A DNA stretch of 64,000 nt from Octopus sinensis (taxonomy: Eukaryota), in the NCBI RefSeq assembly GCF_006345805.1, contig NC_042999.1:95604001-95668000 (forward strand), in the 5' to 3' direction. Under the pieces are notes generated by a model, which was not told the origin of the DNA, searched no databases, and worked only from the letters and a program-made list of their open reading frames with translations. A program made the position numbers and the translations under genes. Below are positions 24,201 through 37,002 of the stretch, in pieces. The stretch's first letter is position 1. Each line of letters starts with the position of its first letter.

Positions 24201-27200
24201 AAAGTTTGGGATTGAACAAGTGACCAAGAAATTTTTCAAGTAATTCCTACCATAGTGAAAGTAGACTGAGTTCCTGTTTTATTGGTCTGTTTATATGTGT
24301 CAAAATTAGTGTGTCATGCAATAGCTGAGCAGTGTTTGGTGCTTCTGCTGGAGTAGACACACACTTATGCACACACATACACATGCAGGCATAAACATGT
24401 GCACGCATATAAGCATATATATTTACATACAAACCCATATGTTTAAATAAAAAAAGTTGCAAATTCCATCAACAAGAAAACCTGGAGATAATACCCCAAA
24501 ATCTAAAATGTAGTGTAATTTTTGCCACAGTATAAGAAACTAGCAAGAAACATCAATAAAGAATGTGTTATTCTTACTGCTATACACCTGCTGAGATCAA
24601 TATTGGATCATTAAGTCACATTTCTGCTATTGGAATTAACTAGGCTAAATGAAATGCTTATTGAAGATATAATTGATCAAGAAGGGAAAGAAAATGTAAA
24701 TGGTTCAAAAAGCATGTTATATTTTTTTGTAATGGTTTTAAAAGCAAAGGAATATTGTTTGTAAGTCTGAAAGGAAATCAAAGAATAATGTATTTTAGAA
24801 AAGTGTGCCTAGATATAGATGTATTGAATTTAGTTTTAGAAGATGGTTTGAATTTCTGTATAATGAGTGCATAAGATATATTGATAATATACACAGAATA
24901 TTATCCATAATCTGCATTTGATATTCTAAAATCTTTATAACAAATAAATACATTAGATTGTTCTCTTGTTATCCAGGCTTTTGTTCAACCTTTGGATTAT
25001 ATTTGTACAGACTAATAATAATAAATTAATTACTGTAAAAGTTATTTAAATTTTGACAGATAAATTGTCATCCATTTGCTATCTTCCAATCTTTTTCTTC
25101 TTGTTTAAATAAGAATGCATACTTTACCTGTTTAGGCTATTACTGCCATCTATCTTAATTATTGCAATACAATTCAAAGAATAAGAATGTCAGTTGATAA
25201 TTACAAAGACATTAACTTCCAGACAAAATAGCAGTTTAATGAAGTGCATATTGAAAATATATTGTATGGTAAAGCTATGAAAATTAGAAAGTTAAAATCA
25301 AAATATGAGAAGAAAACTTATATTAAGAATAAAACTTCTAGCTTCAAGAATCATATGGTTAAGCTTTGCATTTTACTCTGCTTGCTTAGTATAGCATATT
25401 GAAATTGAGTGCTATTGCAGGTTCATATTGAAGTGGTTATCTGCAAAAAGAATATTTTTAAGGTAATATCCAGTACTGCCTATGCTAGCTTGGAATGTGG
25501 AATGGAAGATAATTTTTAAAATTATGTTAAAAACATTTTAATTTCAATATGGAAAGTAGAAATAATTAATGTTTACTTGTTTAATCAGATCAGTGTTATC
25601 AATAAATTGAAAACATTTGAATCCAGTTCTCTGTGAGAGGGAACGTGTACACAATGTAATAGAAACTAATATTATTTAATCATTTTCTCATGTTTTCACA
25701 TAAGGTTTCTAATTTTTAACTTTTTAAAGTTCAAACTTGAAAAAGATAAAATTTTTATGTGGTTAAGACCCTCATATCTATGATATTTTCACAACCAAAT
25801 CATTCCAATATTTCAATTTCTTAAGCCAAAAGGTCATCCTTATTAAATCTGTATTGCTTCAGCAGAAGCTCCTTCATTTCTGTAAATTATGAGTGTGAAT
25901 GTCACACAAAAGATATGATGTCTGGCAAAACTGATTTCCATGCAAGAAACTGTAGGTTTTTGGATTCTTAAGTTTTTGCCTTGGTTTTCAAAATCCTACT
26001 GGCATAACACTCATAATAGCTATTTCTGGTAGGGTAGTATATGGTTAAATAGTTAGTTGGGACACTCCATCATGCAAGAAAGATTTCTGTTCAGATGCCA
26101 TGAAAGAGTTTCTTAGATTTGAGTAGACAATATGAACAACATCAAGGTAAAAATTAAAAAATAACATAATCAAGAAATGACTCTCAATAGTGATTCACAA
26201 AGCAATGATTTTTATAATGATTACCTTAACTAATCTTTCTTGACAGAATATAGTTTAGTTAACTCCAAAACAAGATATTTGATTGTGAGCAATCTCTGAT
26301 TTTTATTTCAATTGTTTATGGTAGGAAGCATTGTATTCACATTTTCTTTTTTTTTATAAAGGTATTTTTGTTAACTCATAAGGGTTTACTTTAATAAACC
26401 CTTATGTGTTAATATGTAGAAGAGAGGAAATTCTGGACATCATGTAGTTTCAATCATAAATGTAATTTGTATAAACAAAAAAGACTGATAAAAAAGATAC
26501 AAAATTTGAAATGAAAGGGAATCTTTGTACTGTATTAATTTTTCAATGATTCTCCAACAAGAGGTTTTAGTTAGTAGCATATAGTAGCTTAGATTCTTTG
26601 AAATATATTTGCTTCCCTTTTACTTACCTATCAAATATTAAATTCTCTTATTTCATTCTAATTCATTAATTACTCAACTCTGAAATTTATGCCTATAACT
26701 GGTTGTCACTGTTTAATTTACTGCATTTTATTGTTAATGAATTACATATGAAAATAAAGGAACAGCTTATCTATTTCATATTTCTGTCATAAATTGAGAC
26801 AATTTCAGAAATTATGACTGACTTTCATAGTTATAGACATTTCAGTGACATTGGGTATTGTAAGATACAACTATCATTTGCTAAGGTTTATAAGAATTTC
26901 AACTCATGCTTTGTTATGATCAAATGTTCTCTTAGTTCCCACAAACTTTAAACATTAAAATCATTGTGATTTATGATTAATCATTTCTATCAGAGCTTTT
27001 GTTCTTCCACATGTACTCTTGGGAACTATTTAATTTCGGTTGTGCTCCTTCTAACCAATAATTTGCAGTAAATATGAGATCAGTTGTTCCACCTTGATAT
27101 TTAAGTGAAATAGTAAAAGATTTATACACATTTGAGCCGATATTTGAGTGTAACAATACAATTTGATTCCCAGATAAAATATTCATTTATCCCACATTAA

Positions 27201-27721
27201 TATATTTAAGGGGAGTAAAATATAAATATTAACTCTAAAACATTGTAAAGTTTAAGGTTTATTTTCTATACAATTACACAGTCCTGCAATCGAAGAAAAG
27301 TATACCTTTATGTAAATCAAAAGAATTCCAGTCAGTATGCAACCACCAATAATAGCAAGGGACTAGCAAACAAATATGATGCGATTAATCATCAGAAAAA
27401 AAATTTAAATAGTTAAAGCAAGAGGTCTGGAAATGAGGATGAAGCTGTTTTCCTGTAAATCGCTCTCCCTTGAAATCCCTCTTTTGTCATATCTACATAG
27501 AAACATCAAATCTAGTTTTTTACAGTCAGAGAAATAAAGTTAATACTCATGATTTTTTTCAGAAACTCTGAGAGTGATGTAAAGAAAGGAGAAATAATTA
27601 TTTTCAGACTGAAGTTGTAGCCTGGGTGCTTGTAACTGAGTGGGTAACTCTAACAGCACTCATAGGCATGTTGGTATTGTGAAATCTGATATGGATTAAG
27701 CTTACTACTCCAATATAGGCA

Positions 27722-27862
27722 TGATTCTTCTGATGAGCTTTTACATAGATCCTATCTATCAAATTTTGTTCACAAGGCTTTGTTGACCCAATTTTGTATA
27801 GGGGGATTAAACTTGAAACCATCTTGTTGTGAAGTGAACTTCTTAGTCTCTCAGCCATACTT
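27722..27862 (-). mobile_element. Degenerate tRNA-SINE head fragment
   Basis: CTATCAAATTTTGTTCACAAGGCTTTGTTGACCC..TGAAACCATCTTGTTGTGAAGTGAACTTCTTA resembles the SINE head in reverse. Confidence 0.6.
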
Positions 27863-28536
27863 ATGCTTAGTTGATTTGAACAATACCCTTAGAGTCAAAC
27901 TTTCCTTCAAGTTGTTCTCAGACATTGTCTTTTCTTATGGAGATCTGTAGTAACTTTGTCTGATACTCTTCTACAATTGTTTCCAACTTTGTAAATAATT
28001 GTTATTAGAATCTAGTATTGAAAAAAAATAGATAATGCTTCATATTATTTTACTTGTCATTGGACTTAATCTTTGGTACTCATAGTTGGTAAATCAGGTG
28101 CTGTTTATTTATTTAAAAAAAATTTAATCTTAAATTTACAATACCACATACTGTTAATAATATCTTTAACATTGCTCTATATTCACAAGCAACTTACAAA
28201 TTACAATGGATAGCACTATATTCATAAATTTTTATATTATAAATTAACAATACCCCATTTTCCGTTTTGTAGCATTTCTAACCCTCTTAATAGCTTTTGA
28301 CAGTAAGAGATGTACATAAAATGGAATCATTCCTATACTTTTTCGTAATGCAACATAGTTTAGGTACTTGTATTCATACCACTTTCTCTAAAAGTTTTAT
28401 GTTCTTAATCATGATTGATGTTTTTCTTTGGGTAGTAACATAATGCATGTATTTTAGATAGTTATTTTTTTTATTTATATATTAAATTCTTCAATAATTC
28501 TGATGATTATGATTATGATCCTCCTCCTCTTCTTTC

Positions 28537-29040
28537 TCATCATCATCATTAAGGTCCATTTTCTATGCTGGCATAGATTGGATGGTTTGACAGGACTGAG
28601 AAGTCAGAAGACTGAGCCAAGCTCTTCTGTCTGCTTTAGTATGGTTTCTACAGCTGGATGCCCATCCTAACACCAACCACTTTACAGAGTGTACTGGGTG
28701 TTTTTTATGTGCTACCAGTAGCAGTGATATCACCAAATAATTCACTAGACAAGAGCCCCTCAACTGAGGGTGGAGGGAGTTGTATTGAGGGAAGTGGCTT
28801 TGTGCCTAGTTATGAGAGGTTAAATCATTAACAGAAGGACAGAAATAGGTGTCTTGCAGTTAAAAAGATATTGGGCATTTTAAAGGATCTTATATTCTAA
28901 TGCCGTCATCATCATTTAACATCCATTGTCCATGCTAGTATGGGTTGCAAGGTTTGACCAGGGCTGGCAAGCTGGAAGGCTGCACCAGATTCCAGTCGGA
29001 CTTGGCACGGTTTCTGTGGTTGGATGCTTTACCTAATGCT
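28537..29040 (-). mobile_element. Two adjacent RTE 3'-end fragments (28537-28860 and 28905-29040)
   Basis: Each begins with (CAT)n-TTAA..TCCATT.T.YATGCT and contains the GGATGC..CCTAA motif. Confidence 0.8.
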
Positions 29041-29211
29041 GTAACCAATAATTCATATTTGTCATGATGTTCAAAGGCAGTTACAGAAACTTTTTATACC
29101 ATTGTATGAAGAAACTGCAAATGAGAAGTGCTATTTCAACCTGTCAATTATAATTTTACATTTTATTAAATGCTTTGATGATGGATACCTTCAACAGTAT
29201 TCCTATAATCC

Positions 29212-29446
29212 GTAAGGCGGCTAGCTGGCAGAAACGTTAGCACGCCAGGCGAAATGCTTAGCGGTATTTCGTCTGCATTACGTTGTGAGTTCAAATTCCG
29301 CCAAGGTCGACTTTGCCTTTCATCCTTTCGGGGTCGATAAATTAAGTACCAGTTACTCACTGGGGTCGATGTAATCGACTTAATACTCATATCTGTCCTT
29401 GTTTGTCCCCTCTGTGTTTAGCTCCTTGTGGGTAATAAAGAAATAG
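29212..29446 (+). mobile_element. Intact SINE with Meta-domain-like core and 15-bp TSD
   Basis: Perfect direct repeat GTATTCCTATAATCC at 29197-29211 and 29447-29461. A box-like AGCTGGCAGAAACG, B box GAGTTCAAATTCC, core GGTCGACTTTGCCTTTCATCCTTTCGGGGTCGATAAATTAAGTACC. Confidence 0.9.
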
Positions 29447-29642
29447 GTATTCCTATAATCCAATTGTTCACCTTGCGTTGTCTACTTGCCTGTGAATTGT
29501 ATTATTGGGATATAAATTCATTTTGGCTTTTGTAAAGTTGTTTTCTACTTTCCAGCTTGCTTTAAAATATTTAGTAAATATCATTGTTACTTTCTTAGTA
29601 AAAGTACATGAAATGAATTTGACTTCTTTAAACTTTCTATGT

Positions 29643-29890
29643 GAAGGCGTGTGGCATAGTGGTTACAGTGTCACACTCATGATTGCTATCAATTTCCAAA
29701 CCAGGTGGTGTGTTGTTTTCTTGAGCAAAACACTTCATTTCACATTGCTCTGTGAATGAGCAGAATCGTTGGTGCATTGGTAGAGATGTTTTATGGTATA
29801 TCTTTTGGCTCTCTACATCCTGAGTTCAAATCCCGCCTGCCTGGAGGAGGCAGTGGGAAACCACTCGAGTATTCATCCTTTGTCTAGAAT
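29643..29890 (+). mobile_element. Composite degenerate SINE sequence
   Basis: tRNA-like head GGCGTGTGGCATAGTGGTTA and CTTGAGCAAAACACTTCATTTCAC, a second B box GAGTTCAAATCCCG, then RTE-like CCTGGAGGAGGCAGTGGGAAACCACTCGAGTATTC. Confidence 0.55.
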
Positions 29891-30125
29891 GGTAGCTGAA
29901 GTTCCTGTAATCTATGTGTGAGGGTATACAACCAGCCCGGTTTTATAGAGAGTCCTGGAGAAGGCTCACATGCACAGGACTTGCCCAAAGACAGACCACT
30001 GCTAGAGGAATTTACTATAGATTTTAATACATATTTTGGAGACTTTTGATATATATAGTTGTTTTTGTTCATTTGGTTTCGCATAATTTGTAGATAAAAA
30101 TAGACTAAAATACAGCAATATTTAA

Positions 30126-30321
30126 TCTTTTAGTATTTACACCAGCCATATCCAACCAAAGTATCCTATCTGTTTTATGTTCACACCTACTCTACAATGT
30201 CATTCTAAAAATATACAATTACAACATTGAAAAATCAAGTAATAAGATATAATGCATGATTAATTCAGACAATGTAAATAAATAGGTATTACTTTTGATA
30301 AAGTAATCTGAATGCTAAAGG
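30126..30321. mobile_element. piggyBac-like MITE (TTAA flanked)
   Basis: TTAA(30122-25)-TCTTTTAGTATTTA ... TGAATGCTAAAGG-TTAA(30322-25): imperfect TIRs. Confidence 0.65.
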
Positions 30322-31999
30322 TTAACATAGTAAATTTTTGACTGCTACAACAAATCAATTAATGAACTATGTGAAATATTTAACCATAAAATGCTGAAAT
30401 TAATATTTACCCTAATACTTAAATTTTCAAGTGCACCTGAGCACTGTATACAATTTTATTATTATTATAATCTAGAGCAAATGCAAAATATATTAGCAAA
30501 GATATATAATTCCTATGAAACCTCTTCTAAACTAACTTCTTCAGATTCTTATATTCTATCTTTCTTTTACTTTGTGTAATGTCTTTTGTAGATCGTGTAG
30601 ATTCCCTGACTGTTTTTGTCCTATCAACTTTTTTAGTGGAAAGTACACAGCCTTCCCTTTACAGAAATTTCATGTTTTTGTACTGTTAGCATAACACTAC
30701 AGTTAGCCATACACTACTCTTCAAAATCTTAAACCACTTTACACATTGTTTACACTTTATTGCTTGAAAATATCTTTGAAGCTTCTTTTAATGTTTTTAC
30801 TTCTCATCTAGAGCAAATGCAAAAGTCAGTGCTCTAATGAAACATTTAAAACTTATCTGTTCTCGAAGAAATGAAAGTGTGTCATTGAAGCATGTATTCT
30901 CTCCAACTCACATTATTGCATTTATTTTTATCTACTCTATCTTCACTAGAGTTTGGTTGACTTGTCCATTTTTCCTTGTACAGTAGCTTTTGGGAATTGA
31001 GAAAATAATGTATGCTTTCTGTCAAGTTAATTACTTTTGGCTAACTATAGTAACTATAGTTTGTAGTAAATATAATCTTACAGTTTATCAAAATTGATAG
31101 AAAATAATTAAAGCATAATCCAGTAAAAACTAACTCTAAGAAGTATCCACTTGGAAACATTTAAAATTTTTATTTACGAGTATACTAAAAATAACATATA
31201 TTCACTTGGAGATTTCTTCTAATACTATATGCCATCTATAATTAGCATTAAAAGTAGTTATATCATAGATTTAATATTCTTATGGTTCAGCAAAAAAGAA
31301 CTAGTTTTTATCTATATCTTTACTATTAAGTTTTGTTTTAAAACATTTTCACATATAATTGCTACATGTAACAATGTATTATTCTACATAATAACCATGC
31401 TAATGTATCCAAAGCAATAGATTTTGTTCTTGTTCTTGCCTCCAAGAATAATCATTCTAATAGAATCAATGTCAATTTTAAGCTAGGCTTACCAAGAAAA
31501 ATAAAATGTGCTTTGTCTGATGGCAAAATCCACTTTCAGAGGGTTTCATCACATCTTTTCATTTGAAAATACACTAATTTAACAAGTAAAGCATGGCTAA
31601 TGTTCATAATTTACTTGATCTCTTCATTACAATTCATTATAATATAAGAATCGACATTTGTATTTTCAGAGACTGATCAGTTGGCAAATATAGTAGCACA
31701 CTAGATAAAACACCTTACAATTCAGATTTCCTATGTCCAAGATTTATATCATAAGTACAAATAGTAATACTTTTCTATTAGAAATATGATATTTATACTG
31801 TTATATAATTTAACATTCAATTAACTGTAATCTGTGAAAATTAATTTTGTACATTATTACTTTAGTACTACATACATCTACAGATGTAATACATGGACAC
31901 AACATCAGTGTTGTATCACGGATTTAACTAGGTGTTTCTTATATACGTGACCCAACCTAGTCATATTCTTTACTGATCCAATCAAGTCATATCTTTACT

Positions 32000-33065
32000 G
32001 CCCTCCTCCTATCCTCTCTTTTAATCCATTGCTACCTAGATGCTTTCTCATTTGCCTATCCATTGCTTATTAGTCTTCTATTTCTTCCTGTAATGCCCAT
32101 GGTTCCATAACCATTATTTAGGGAACAACTTGTGAACTTTCCTGTACTTTCTCCATCCTCTCCTCCCATGAAGTATTTAATTCCAGTAGGATTAGCTGTT
32201 TTGTTGTCTCAAAAACCTATGTGATATTTGATCTCAACAAACTTCTGGCGATAGTTGCTTCACTAGATCAATATCCATCACCTAATCACAAACTGTTGGA
32301 GTCCTTGAGTGATTTGTTTGACCACTTTCTCTCCTTAACAAAGGCTATCTTTCTGGCTATAGACATTTTTGCTGTTGCTGATCTCTTTGTTGATTGCCTC
32401 AGCAATGAACAGAAGAACCTGATCATTTCTCCAGCAATAGCATTGCTTGTCCAGTACCTTGAAGCAGTTGCTTTGGATTTGTTTGAGGGTCCATATTTTT
32501 GAACTCAGAAGGGATACAAGTGTTTTACTATGCCCTCAATGCTCTCAAGCTGTGTGGCTGATCCTGCCATCAGCAAAGATGACTGCTTACCATGCACTCC
32601 AAGCCTAACACTCCCATCTAGACGCTTCACTGGTTTTTCCTTGACATATGGGATCTAGGCTTCTACTTTGAAAATAAATTTAATAACTTTTCCTTTCTTC
32701 AAAACCATACCCTAGAACTTTGTAGAGCTAGATCTTACACTTCTTAATACTTCTTTCACATCTCTCAGGTAAGGCTCCTACAAGTTGTATTCTGCTGTTG
32801 GTTCTGATAATGTTATAAGTTCATTGTATTAACCCAGCAGTTGGTCACCCTTTCTCTCTCTCTCTCTCTCTCTTGCTGTAAGTACTCCTGAGGTATTCAT
32901 TGACAGTGTCTTTCAACAAGTCAAGCAACTAGTCTATTTCTGACTCAGAAGCAGTTTTAGCAATCTAGTAGTTAGCCAGGAATGCAGTTTTCTTCCTTTT
33001 TATCTCCCTCCACCTTCTTCTTTGACTATCCATTCTTGTCAGAATCTGGAGCTCTTTCCTGAGGA
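32000..33065 (-). mobile_element. Hero-clade-like non-LTR retrotransposon remnant (restriction-like endonuclease), internally deleted
   Basis: Reverse complement gives IPYVKEKPVKRL, CYCWRNDQVL, IAFVKE, LRSNIT*VFETTKQLILLELNTSWEERMEK, MGITGRNRR and EKASR*QWIKR. These match the RH(D/N) and RPD..ELTVPWEE RLE signatures. Confidence 0.7.
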
Positions 33066-33190
33066 TTGTATGAAGATCAGCTGGGCCAGCCTTTTAAACT
33101 TTTCCATTTTGATTTTTTTTTTTTACTGCTTTCTGAACAACTTGTGTTCTCTGAAATTTTGGGTGTGTTTGTATTTGAACAGCAATGCTA

Positions 33191-33240
33191 TGAGATATGG
33201 ACCCTAAATTCAAGTACTGAGATATGGACCCTAAATTCAA
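33191..33240. repeat. Tandem duplication, 23 bp identical, period 27
   Basis: TGAGATATGGACCCTAAATTCAA at 33191 and 33218. Confidence 0.95.
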
Positions 33241-34044
33241 AGGACATGTGAAGACTAGAAAGGAATGAAGTTAGTACACTTCATTGGATGTGCAATGTCA
33301 GTGTTCATGTGCAACAGAATGTTAGTGTATTGTGACCCACCCACCACAGCAGAGTTGATATCCTAAAACCATCTTGCTAAATGCTGGGCTCTGCTCCACC
33401 TCCATTCTCTCTGCCCTGTCAAGCATTCCACTCATACCTTATCCCTTAACACTCATCAGTTCTCTATGTATGGTATTATTTAGCTACTAAATCACCTGAG
33501 AGCAGTATAGGTACATGCTTCATCCTCTCTCCTTGGTTACCTTCCTCTTCCTCACCCCAGAACTACCTCCATTTATCATTATCTTCCCTGCTCACATTCC
33601 ATTTCCTTCCTGTGCCTTCAGCCACTGCTCTCTTTCCATCTGCTATAATCCATCCTTAAAACCTAACACCTCGCTTATCTGCTATCACTCCCAATGCCAT
33701 GATATATCTATTATGATAACTCAAGCTACTCCTATATTTCTCACCTTTACTTACTACAGTCACCTGTATCCCATTTCAAACACTCCTCACACTCTGTCTC
33801 CTCTGCCCACTCACCTAATCCAATCCTCTATATCACTTCACCTACATCCACCCTCAACTGTACCTTAGGATATTCCCTGACACATCTCCACCACCATCTG
33901 TCACTTTCTCTCCTTCTCTATCTCTTCCTTTAAGTCTCTTTTTTTCTCTATCCAACTGGACTATCTGTGTATTTCTTCTATTGCAAGACTCCTATCTCTA
34001 TTTCTCCAATTATACTTTTAACTTCTCATCAACAAGCACAAAGC

Positions 34045-34212
34045 TGCACCCAGTACGCTCTGTAAAGTGGTCAGTGTTAGGGAGGGCATCCAGCTGTAGA
34101 AATCATGCCAAAACAAGCAATAGTGTTTGGCACAGTTCATCCTCTGAATTACCGGCTCTTGTCAAACCATCAAACTTATGCCAGCATGGAAAATGGATGT
34201 TAAATGATGATG
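34045..34212 (+). mobile_element. RTE LINE 3' end
   Basis: GCACCCAGTACGCTCTGTAAAGTGG..GAGGGCATCCAGCTGTAGAAA..GGATGTTAAATGATGATGA. Confidence 0.8.
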
Positions 34213-35482
34213 AATATATATATATATATATATAAATATATATATATATATGAGTTTAAAGGGATATATTATCTGGACAGATACTGTATTATCTCTCAGT
34301 TAAGTTCCAGTTAACAGCAACAGCTAGTAGTTGCTACAGTGGAAACATATGTAGGTCATTATACTGAACTAGTAGGTCATTATGTTATATATAACTATAA
34401 AATAAATTTTGTAGATGTACAAGTCTCCATACTCTTTATTATTATTAATATATATATATATATTCAGGGTGCTGCCAAAAATCCTCCCAGATTCATTATT
34501 ATCGATAAACTTTTCAATACCAAATGTATTAGTCAAAATCATCATACAAACTGAAAAAGAAACATAAAACATTAGCTATATGAAAACATCATTATCTCCT
34601 GTCTAACTTCACTTGCAGCAGGGTGTTGCAGAAAAACCTATAGTTTTAAAAGCATATGTGTGTGTGTGTATACATTAATACATATATATGTGTGTGCGCA
34701 TGTGTATATATATCAATACATGCATATATATATGTGTGTGTGTGTGTGTATTAAAGCATGCAACACATGTGCATGGTGTATGTGTGTATAAATGTGCCTT
34801 ATGTATGTGTATATATGCATATATGTGTGTTATAGGAAATGTTTTTAGTCTTCATAATGCTTAAACAATTCCATTTCCTGATGCTGGACTGAGTCAATGC
34901 TTTCTGAATATTTTCTACCCTTATTTTCTTAATTTTCTAGTTTCTTTTCGCACTTTCTTTTTTAATTCATTTTATATCCACAATATCCCTTTTCTCATTA
35001 ACTTTACTGAATATTTCCTGTCAGATTGGTTTTATGTTTACTTTTGTTGGACAAAAGCTTTGAAAGTAGACAAATAATTTTAGACTTTCATGAATACAAA
35101 GTGCTTCTTTCATTATCGTTAATCATAGTTATGCCCAAACTCTTGCACAGTTTCCAAATAGCCATTCACCTTCATACATATTCACAGGCTGATACTAAGA
35201 GAACGCACTTTTGCAGATTTAAAATGAACATATTTCAATATAAAAATGATGCAACTGGTCACTTAAATTTAGACGCATATGTTAAATTCTGATGTATTAA
35301 ATATTTTTTTCTGTATAGGTACCATTTTGTGTTTGTATATATATATGCCCACACATACATCATCACCATCATCATCATTAACATCTGTAGTAGCTGTAGT
35401 TTTTGTCCACTTTCAATGGTGACATGGATCAGGTAGATCTTGGGTATGTGAGAGTGTTTAATGTTGAAAATGTTGACCTGAA

Positions 35483-35896
35483 TCATATCTATAAAAGGGA
35501 GGATGTGTGTGCATGTATGTGTGTACGTGATTGTAATTTATGCATGTCCACAAATTAGCACGCATGTCGCTCAAATTTTAGGAGGACATTTGTCAACATC
35601 TTATCTGGGTTTTGTCAACTTATTTTTTTCTCCGAGGCACAATTTGCAAGGCTTCCACCACACCCCATTCTGTTTTATGGACCACAAAAAGGGTTTTGAG
35701 GCCAGAGTAGTTGATTCCACGCAAAAAAAAAACCGATTATTTTTCTTAGTGAAAATTGTGCGAGTGTTAATCTGCAAATTTAACAACATTTTTTCCATTC
35801 ATTTCTGTTTATGAACATGTATGCGTGCACAAAATAGGTGTACGTACGTACGTGTGTGCATGTGTGTTCGTGTCTGTTGCCCATATATATTTATAT

Positions 35897-35936
<40 letters not shown>

Positions 35937-36088
35937 ATATATATATAACATATACATATAATATAACTAATTTCAATGGATTTCACCCAAATTTGACGTC
36001 TATATTACTTAGTTTGGTTTGAGATAAAGAACTTGATTAGCTTAATAATCGTAACTTAATCCCGAGCAAGGCCGGGTTATACTGCTAG
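35483..36088 (+). mobile_element. Non-autonomous Helitron
   Basis: 5' end A|TCATATCTATAAAAGGG. 3' hairpin CCCGAGCAAGGCCGGG then CTAG|T. Confidence 0.7.
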
Positions 36089-37002
36089 TACTCACAAAAC
36101 TGAAAGAAATTGTTTGTTTCTATAAATATCAAAATCTTATAATAATTCTGCTTGTCATTCCATTACTTAGCCCATCAGTAACGCTTTCACGTGATTAGAG
36201 AAAAGAAGAGAAAAAGAGAGGGAAGCCTCCAAGACGTGAGGTCGAGTGAATGCAATTGTAATGCTTTCATCTGATTAGTTGAAGGAAAAGAGAGGAGTGA
36301 GAAAAAGGGGATAAGGCAAAGAGTGAGACAGAAAGAGTGAGAAAAAGACAGAGAAAAAGGAGAGAAGCATCCATGATGTGAGGTAGGGCGAATGTAATAT
36401 TTATTACATGGTTAAAAAAGTTAGTTGAAGACAGTGATAATATAGAGGAGGAGAGTTAAGAATATATTTTTAGGAGAGGGGTGATGTTCTGATTGTGAGG
36501 TTAAAGAAAGGCAGAGTGAGGTGGATGATGGTGGTGGAAGTTTTTGGTGGTGGCGATTGCATAGTGAAAAGTGTATTTTTGCTTTGAATTGAACAAAATT
36601 CTTTATATCACCTATCACTTAATGCATGTACATAGGTACAGTTCTGGAAATATTCATGCTTATTTGTGTAGCAGATATATGCTATTTAACTAAAGGTCAT
36701 ATGTACAGGAAATTTTGTTTTGTTTATGGGGAAAATGGAAAAATAAGAGTGAATATCATTTTATGAGTGCTGTGTATTAAATCTATAAAATTGTGCATAA
36801 AGTATTTAAAGTGTATATATAATGTGCATTAAGTAATCATTGTATTCCAATTTCTTTCACTTTTCGATGAGTTGCAGATGAGCAACTGTCTTTCCATACA
36901 GACGCAACACAGGCTACACTTTCATGTTTTTTGGATAAAGTTTTCAGAAATAACCCAGTAGGTTTATCATTAATTCCGTGAAATGTTCGCAGGTCCCGCT
37001 AG
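36089..37002 (+). mobile_element. Second Helitron-like element abutting the first
   Basis: 3' CCGTGAAATGTTCGCAGG (degenerate hairpin)-TCCCG-CTAG|T. Purine-rich internal repeats AACGCTTTCACGTGATTAG / AATGCTTTCATCTGATTAG. 5' end unclear. Confidence 0.5.

Noticed and set aside
25951-26001. Imperfect ~50-nt hairpin as a pre-miRNA
   Set aside because: Too short and mismatched, with no recognised mature miRNA.
33400-34030. C/T-rich strand-skewed region with a 117-aa Pro/Ser/Leu ORF
   Set aside because: Low-complexity composition suppresses stops, and there is no protein motif or splice context.
34465-34650. Two Tc1/mariner-like starts CAGGGTG.TGC..AAAA
   Set aside because: Both are in the same orientation with no closing inverted repeat, so no element can be delimited.
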